Shown piece after piece: positions 59,425 through 64,000 of a stretch of 64,000 bases of DNA. Both the position numbers and the translations under genes were made by a program. Numbering within the stretch: the stretch's first letter is position 1; the number at the start of each line of letters is the position of its first letter. Under the pieces are notes generated by a model. The model had not been told where the DNA came from and ran no database searches. It was given only the letters and a program-made list of their open reading frames with translations. The DNA is from Phyllosticta citribraziliensis (taxonomy: Eukaryota): assembly GCF_038025025.1 (NCBI RefSeq), contig NW_027117339.1, positions 2,418,001 through 2,482,000 on the forward strand, in the 5' to 3' direction.

Positions 59425-62415
59425 TTACAGTGGCTCGTTCGCAGTCCGACTGTTCCCCTTCTGTAAAATGCGCTCTACGTCTTCTAATCCGGTGTCAACT
59501 TTTCGAGCTTTCAAGATACGCACACAAATCCTTGCGTACACCGCTATCATTTTGAAAATCTTCGGAGATCCAATGTTGTCCTCGAGCATGTCTCGGATGT
59601 GGTAAAGCGCCCCATTCTTCCCCCCAGTGATGACCTGTTGAAGAAAGCATTGACATAATGCAAAGACTGAGCATTGAAGTTCGAATCTGATGTCGCATGG
59701 ACTGGCGCAACTCGAATTTTCTTGCGCAGCTGAGTCCCTTGCCGCCGAGCCTTTGCTCTCCGGTCTGCGAATTGGACGAATGGATTGACGGTAGACCCAG
59801 AGTAGACTGTGTACCGCTTTTTCATAGTTTCCTTCCACTTGGCAGCGTTCTCCAAGGCATCTGACAGTGCTAATCATTCTCTGCGGCGGTAGAAGTTGGC
59901 GCGAATATAGCGCGGGAATAATGCAGTCCAGGGAATTCCTATAATTGCCCAGTCCAGCTCCTGTGAAAGCATCACAGATTCTTTCAACATTCGTGTTACT
60001 GAAGACAAGCTCATTCGAGTCCTTCACTTTTGTTTCGCCACCTATTTCTTGCACAGCTTGCAATACAGCCTTGATGAATATGGCGTATATTTCTTGAGCA
60101 CATGTGCGCATTGCTGAGCCGTAAATATATGAGGTCAAGACGAGATCGTTATTTTCTGGCTGAGTCGGGTTCCAATCCTCCAAGGAGTTGCATCTGAATA
60201 TCCAACACGGGATGCCATCAGACGTACGACAAAAAGTCGGCTCAAATCTTGGAGTGTTTGGACAAAACCTTTTGTTGCCAAAGTGAATTGATCTGTGATC
60301 AAGCCAAACTCCGAGACCGCCCTCAACGTCATCGCTTTCGGGCGAAAATATTCGGTAGCACTGTAATTGTTCAGGGTTATATTTAGAACAATCCTCTGGG
60401 CTCTTAAAGTCCGTTCGAAACAAACTTCTTAAGGACCACACCCACATACTCAGGAGGGCTTCTAGATCCGAGGAGGGGGTTATCCACCCGTCCCCAAAAA
60501 TGCTACGGGCCACTTTGAGATTTATTTTGTCGTTCAGAGACTTTTTATCACAATGTCCCGCATGGTTGGAATCCACAATTTGGCATTCCACTGGCCAAAA
60601 GATAGTGTGCACATCTTTCCAATTCTCTTTGAATAAAGTCGGGCTTTGATCCTGCACGTTGCAGTCAAATATGGCGGCAGCAGTATCTTCGATAGCTTTC
60701 TTCAAATCCATGGCAGTCTTTCTGACCGGAGCGTGTTTTTCTTCCCAATTGCTCGTCATTCCGGATAGTCTAGTCCTCCAGAGGAAAATCCGCGGAAGGA
60801 GTCTTGGAATATCTTTCACTTTGGTTTTCTGGAGGTCCATTCGGCAGTCTTTGACCAGCCTCTCGCGTTCGCTCTCTCCAACGTGGACATCGCGCTTGTT
60901 CAAGTTGTTGAAGATCAATCCAGATAAAAGCTCTACAGTCGACTCGCATTCTTCGTTGACAATGGAGACGCGCTGAATTTCGACCATGGATTGAGAGTCG
61001 TAGCTCCATTGCCAATCATGGTGGACTGGCTCCTTGTAGACCTCAATCCCACCGAGCTTTGGAAATCCAGCAACTTGAAACAACAAGGTATCTTGCTGCT
61101 CGCTTTGCAGCCCAGAAGAGCTTGAATATCCCCGTTTAGGGGAACCATCTCCAGATTTTGTGTCTGCCGGGGATTGACAGGATAAGCTTGATCGAATCTC
61201 TTTTCTTCCCATTTCGAAGGCTACCCAGTCCAATTCATGTCCCTCGTAGAATTCCGGATCCTGACTCATTGGACTGTCCTCAATGTCCATGCGGCGTGTC
61301 CGCAAGCCTGCACGGACAGCGCTCATAACAATCATGACCCCCAGCTGTGCAACAGAGACAGACGAGTGGAGGGCTCTGAGACCAAGAAACTGCAAGACGA
61401 AGCCGCAAATGGAGAGAGAAATGGCGCTCCATACTAATATCGAGACTTGTTTGTTCTTGCGCTGAGTTTCCTTCCATTTCGTTGTGTACTCAGTCATCGG
61501 TTTTTCAATGCTTTCACTGAACGCAAAAGAGTCGAACACTTGATCTCCGATTATCTGGTTGCCCGGCTGGATCCAGAAAAGGCGACAGGAGCAGTCGGGT
61601 TGCTTCCTGAAAACCCTTTGCTTAGAAGTTTTGGTAACCACATATGCACAGAGGCCGACTCCAAGGGCCAAAAGTACTGTGCCTATCAGAGTGCAAGGGA
61701 ATGCATAGTCAGCCACGTACGCATCGTCCTTCTTGAACTGATCGCGGAGTCGATATGTCGTCAATGCCGCAAAGACCATGACTGCGGACTGGAGGAGGAA
61801 ACCACAAAGTGCAGCTACAATGAACCACAGAAAGGGAGGCTTTTTGATCCCGATGTTCAGGGATAGATTAGGGTTCGGAGCGAATCCTGAGGGCAGCGCA
61901 GCGGACGCCTTTTCTGTGCCAAAATTCTTGCGATAGCGTAACGAGTTGTCCAAAGTCGTCTCCTTCCAGTCGCTCTGGCCCCTGTCTTTCTGAACATAGT
62001 CTTTGAAGGAATAGAGACCGGCACTCCCGCCGTTGTAGAACTCATCATTGGTTGCGCGAGTGTCTTGGACTAATTCGATGATTTTTGGCCGCCCCAACAC
62101 ACGCGAAATTCCCCCGTTGTTGTACATTTCGCATACGTCGCGACTGGTTGATGAGCATAGCTCAATCTCAACATTGGCACCCCCTTCTTGTGCGCGCCCT
62201 ATGAATGCGCGGAGTGAAGGCGTGCCACCGGCTCTGACTGCAGATATAATGGCGGTAAGAACTCCTAAGGGTGCCATGGAAAAGATGAAGATGTCGGTCA
62301 AGGTCGTACTTTCGGATAGGAACTGCTTGGTTGGTTGCTCGCCGAAGAGCGAAATCAGTGGCGTAAGGTCTGTGGCGAGGTTGTTGGAGAAGTCATCCCA
62401 TCCGCCAGCGACCAT
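59425..62415 (-). CDS. Uncharacterised multi-pass membrane protein; N-terminus of the type found in large fungal ankyrin-repeat proteins, but no ankyrin repeats here
   Basis: 996-aa intronless ORF beginning WDDFSNNLATDLTPLISLFGEQPTKQFLSES...MAPLGVLTAIISAVR...LRAFIGRAQEG...ELCSSTSRDVCEMYN; PNLSLN; QPGNQIIGDQVFDSF; several TM helices. Confidence 0.8.
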   Translation of the reverse strand: MVAGGWDDFSNNLATDLTPLISLFGEQPTKQFLSESTTLTDIFIFSMAPLGVLTAIISAVRAGGTPSLRAFIGRAQEGGANVEIELCSSTSRDVCEMYNNGGISRVLGRPKIIELVQDTRATNDEFYNGGSAGLYSFKDYVQKDRGQSDWKETTLDNSLRYRKNFGTEKASAALPSGFAPNPNLSLNIGIKKPPFLWFIVAALCGFLLQSAVMVFAALTTYRLRDQFKKDDAYVADYAFPCTLIGTVLLALGVGLCAYVVTKTSKQRVFRKQPDCSCRLFWIQPGNQIIGDQVFDSFAFSESIEKPMTEYTTKWKETQRKNKQVSILVWSAISLSICGFVLQFLGLRALHSSVSVAQLGVMIVMSAVRAGLRTRRMDIEDSPMSQDPEFYEGHELDWVAFEMGRKEIRSSLSCQSPADTKSGDGSPKRGYSSSSGLQSEQQDTLLFQVAGFPKLGGIEVYKEPVHHDWQWSYDSQSMVEIQRVSIVNEECESTVELLSGLIFNNLNKRDVHVGESERERLVKDCRMDLQKTKVKDIPRLLPRIFLWRTRLSGMTSNWEEKHAPVRKTAMDLKKAIEDTAAAIFDCNVQDQSPTLFKENWKDVHTIFWPVECQIVDSNHAGHCDKKSLNDKINLKVARSIFGDGWITPSSDLEALLSMWVWSLRSLFRTDFKSPEDCSKYNPEQLQCYRIFSPESDDVEGGLGVWLDHRSIHFGNKRFCPNTPRFEPTFCRTSDGIPCWIFRCNSLEDWNPTQPENNDLVLTSYIYGSAMRTCAQEIYAIFIKAVLQAVQEIGGETKVKDSNELVFSNTNVERICDAFTGAGLGNYRNSLDCIIPALYSRQLLPPQRMISTVRCLGERCQVEGNYEKAVHSLLWVYRQSIRPIRRPESKGSAARDSAAQENSSCASPCDIRFELQCSVFALCQCFLQQVITGGKNGALYHIRDMLEDNIGSPKIFKMIAVYARICVRILKARKVDTGLEDVERILQKGNSRTANEPL

Positions 62416-63297
62416 GTTGTCTCGCGATCTGTGCCGTCGGTGGTGACGGCACTTCTCTTGCCATTGGCCAAACGAGGAGTGGCAAAGAGTTGAAGGGGTT
62501 TGGAGGAGTCAAAACCAGGCTTCTCCGAAAATTGGGGTGACTTCCACTCTCTGCCCATGAGGCGCTTACGAGCGGTTATTCCACCACTCAACATCGTCGA
62601 CCCCAAACCCACTTATTCTGTCGGTCATCTGAATCCAGCCATCCAATTGAAGCTGTGCAGCATTCTCAACAATCTCGACTTGACAAACCACCTCTCGAAC
62701 CCGATCCCCTCGACTCGCACCCTGCTCCACCCACTGTTGAGCCGCAGAGCGAAAGCCACCAACCATAATCCAGGTCACCACTACTCCACTTCGATCCGAA
62801 TGCCACTTGTGCCTGGAGACTGCCCGAGATTCGACGCCTGCCAACTATCAGCTTCATCAAGCAGGTATTCCGGGCCTCTTCCGACTTCATCAAGCCGTCG
62901 CTTACCCCTGCACACATCTACCCCTGCCCCTGATAAAGCCTACTAATCGACCAGCGAATCAAACAACAAACAGTTGGAAGCCGATGCACCTCGAAGCCTC
63001 GCAAAACCAGTCCGGAGTTGGCCAATAGAGCTCATGGACGCCTGCCCCTGCACTCATCCAACCCTACCCCTGAATCAGCAAGCAAACAGCCAAGGGCGTC
63101 AGTTGAAATCCGACCCTACTCCCACCTCGCAAACTCGCGTCATCAACCGGCCAGTCAGCTTGCGAAGCCGCCTCCGTTCAATCGGCAGCCATCACCCGAC
63201 CCGCTCGAAAAAAGCAATGCCACCAAGCGGAATCGCTCGCGCGACGCCGGGCCAGACTGCGTTTCGGGCGGGATACTGCGCCAGACGACTCAAAAAT

Positions 63298-63312
63298 CCC
63301 CCCCCCCCCCCC
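63298..63312. repeat. Poly-C (15 nt) / poly-G tract
   Basis: Directly visible. Confidence 0.9.
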
Positions 63313-64000
63313 AAACCCGATTTTGTGCGCTGGCCAGAGCGCCTCAAAGGATCACCACCACCGACTTCCTGAACATTACGTGTACGACAGCAAGAGCTGC
63401 ACGCGCTCGGATGAGGGCCAGTGACGTCAGCGCGCAGAGAGGCGCATAGTGCACCTTGAACAACAGCCAAACAAGCACCGCCGGCAGCGCCGGGGCGCAA
63501 GTGTGTCCCTCGCAGCGGAAGCAACACGCAGGATCAAAGGCAAAAGCCGATGGAGGAGGAGCAAGACGAGGAGGCCCCAAAAAGCAACCAGCGCAGCGGC
63601 GTCGTCGCTCGTCGACGTCGACTCGACCGCCCATCGGAGCAGGCCGTCTGCCTGTCTCTCTACCCATCCACCCGGCCTGCCGTCCCCCCTCCAAGTCCGT
63701 CTAGACGGCTCCATCAACGACTTATACTCTGCGCGCCGGGCCAATCGCTGCGCGCACACGGGCTAAGAAGACGCCCTGCATACATCCATACATTTTTATA
63801 TCCTGTCTCGATGCATGCATGTGAGCGGAAGGAGCGTCTTGTCTGCAGGTGAGTGTTGAGCTTCTTTTTTTTCCAACTTTGCTTGCGCCCGGTGAATGTC
63901 ACCCACCACTGGACGCTGGCTGATGAAAGTCGCCGGTGGTGGGGTCTTTGTCGTGTGCATGGGAGGCGCGCGCATCGCATCGCATCGCGGCGCGGCGCAG

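Overview
Eukaryotic DNA from a filamentous ascomycete (Pezizomycotina; Dothideomycete-like is an inference). It is GC-rich, with short GT-AG introns carrying CTRAC-type branch points. I reconstructed 18 protein-coding genes by manual splicing, plus one intron-containing tRNA-Tyr(GTA). Most are housekeeping, cell-cycle or signalling genes: borealin, Osm1-cytochrome b5 fumarate reductase, Cdc26, Pfa4, Alg12, a Rad53-type kinase convergent with Chk1, FlbA RGS, WD40-cyclophilin, eIF3f, Utp25, Nem1, eIF2B-beta and a MARVEL-like protein. The rest are an uncharacterised mitochondrial protein, a very large secreted GH16 mosaic protein with tandem repeats, an expansin-like protein with an unusual N-terminal extension, and an intronless multi-pass membrane protein of an unnamed family usually fused to ankyrin repeats. 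An ~11.7 kb stretch upstream of flbA has no recognisable gene. I saw no transposon, CRISPR array or rRNA. Best leads: the adjacent Rad53/Chk1 pair and other mitotic genes sharing TGTTT/ACGCGT promoter words, an apparent premature stop in cdc26, the GH16 mosaic, the ankyrin-less membrane protein, a cryptic spliced transcript near 45.5 kb, and an 18-bp palindrome abutting the tRNA. Family assignments come from motif recognition only; no database search was run.
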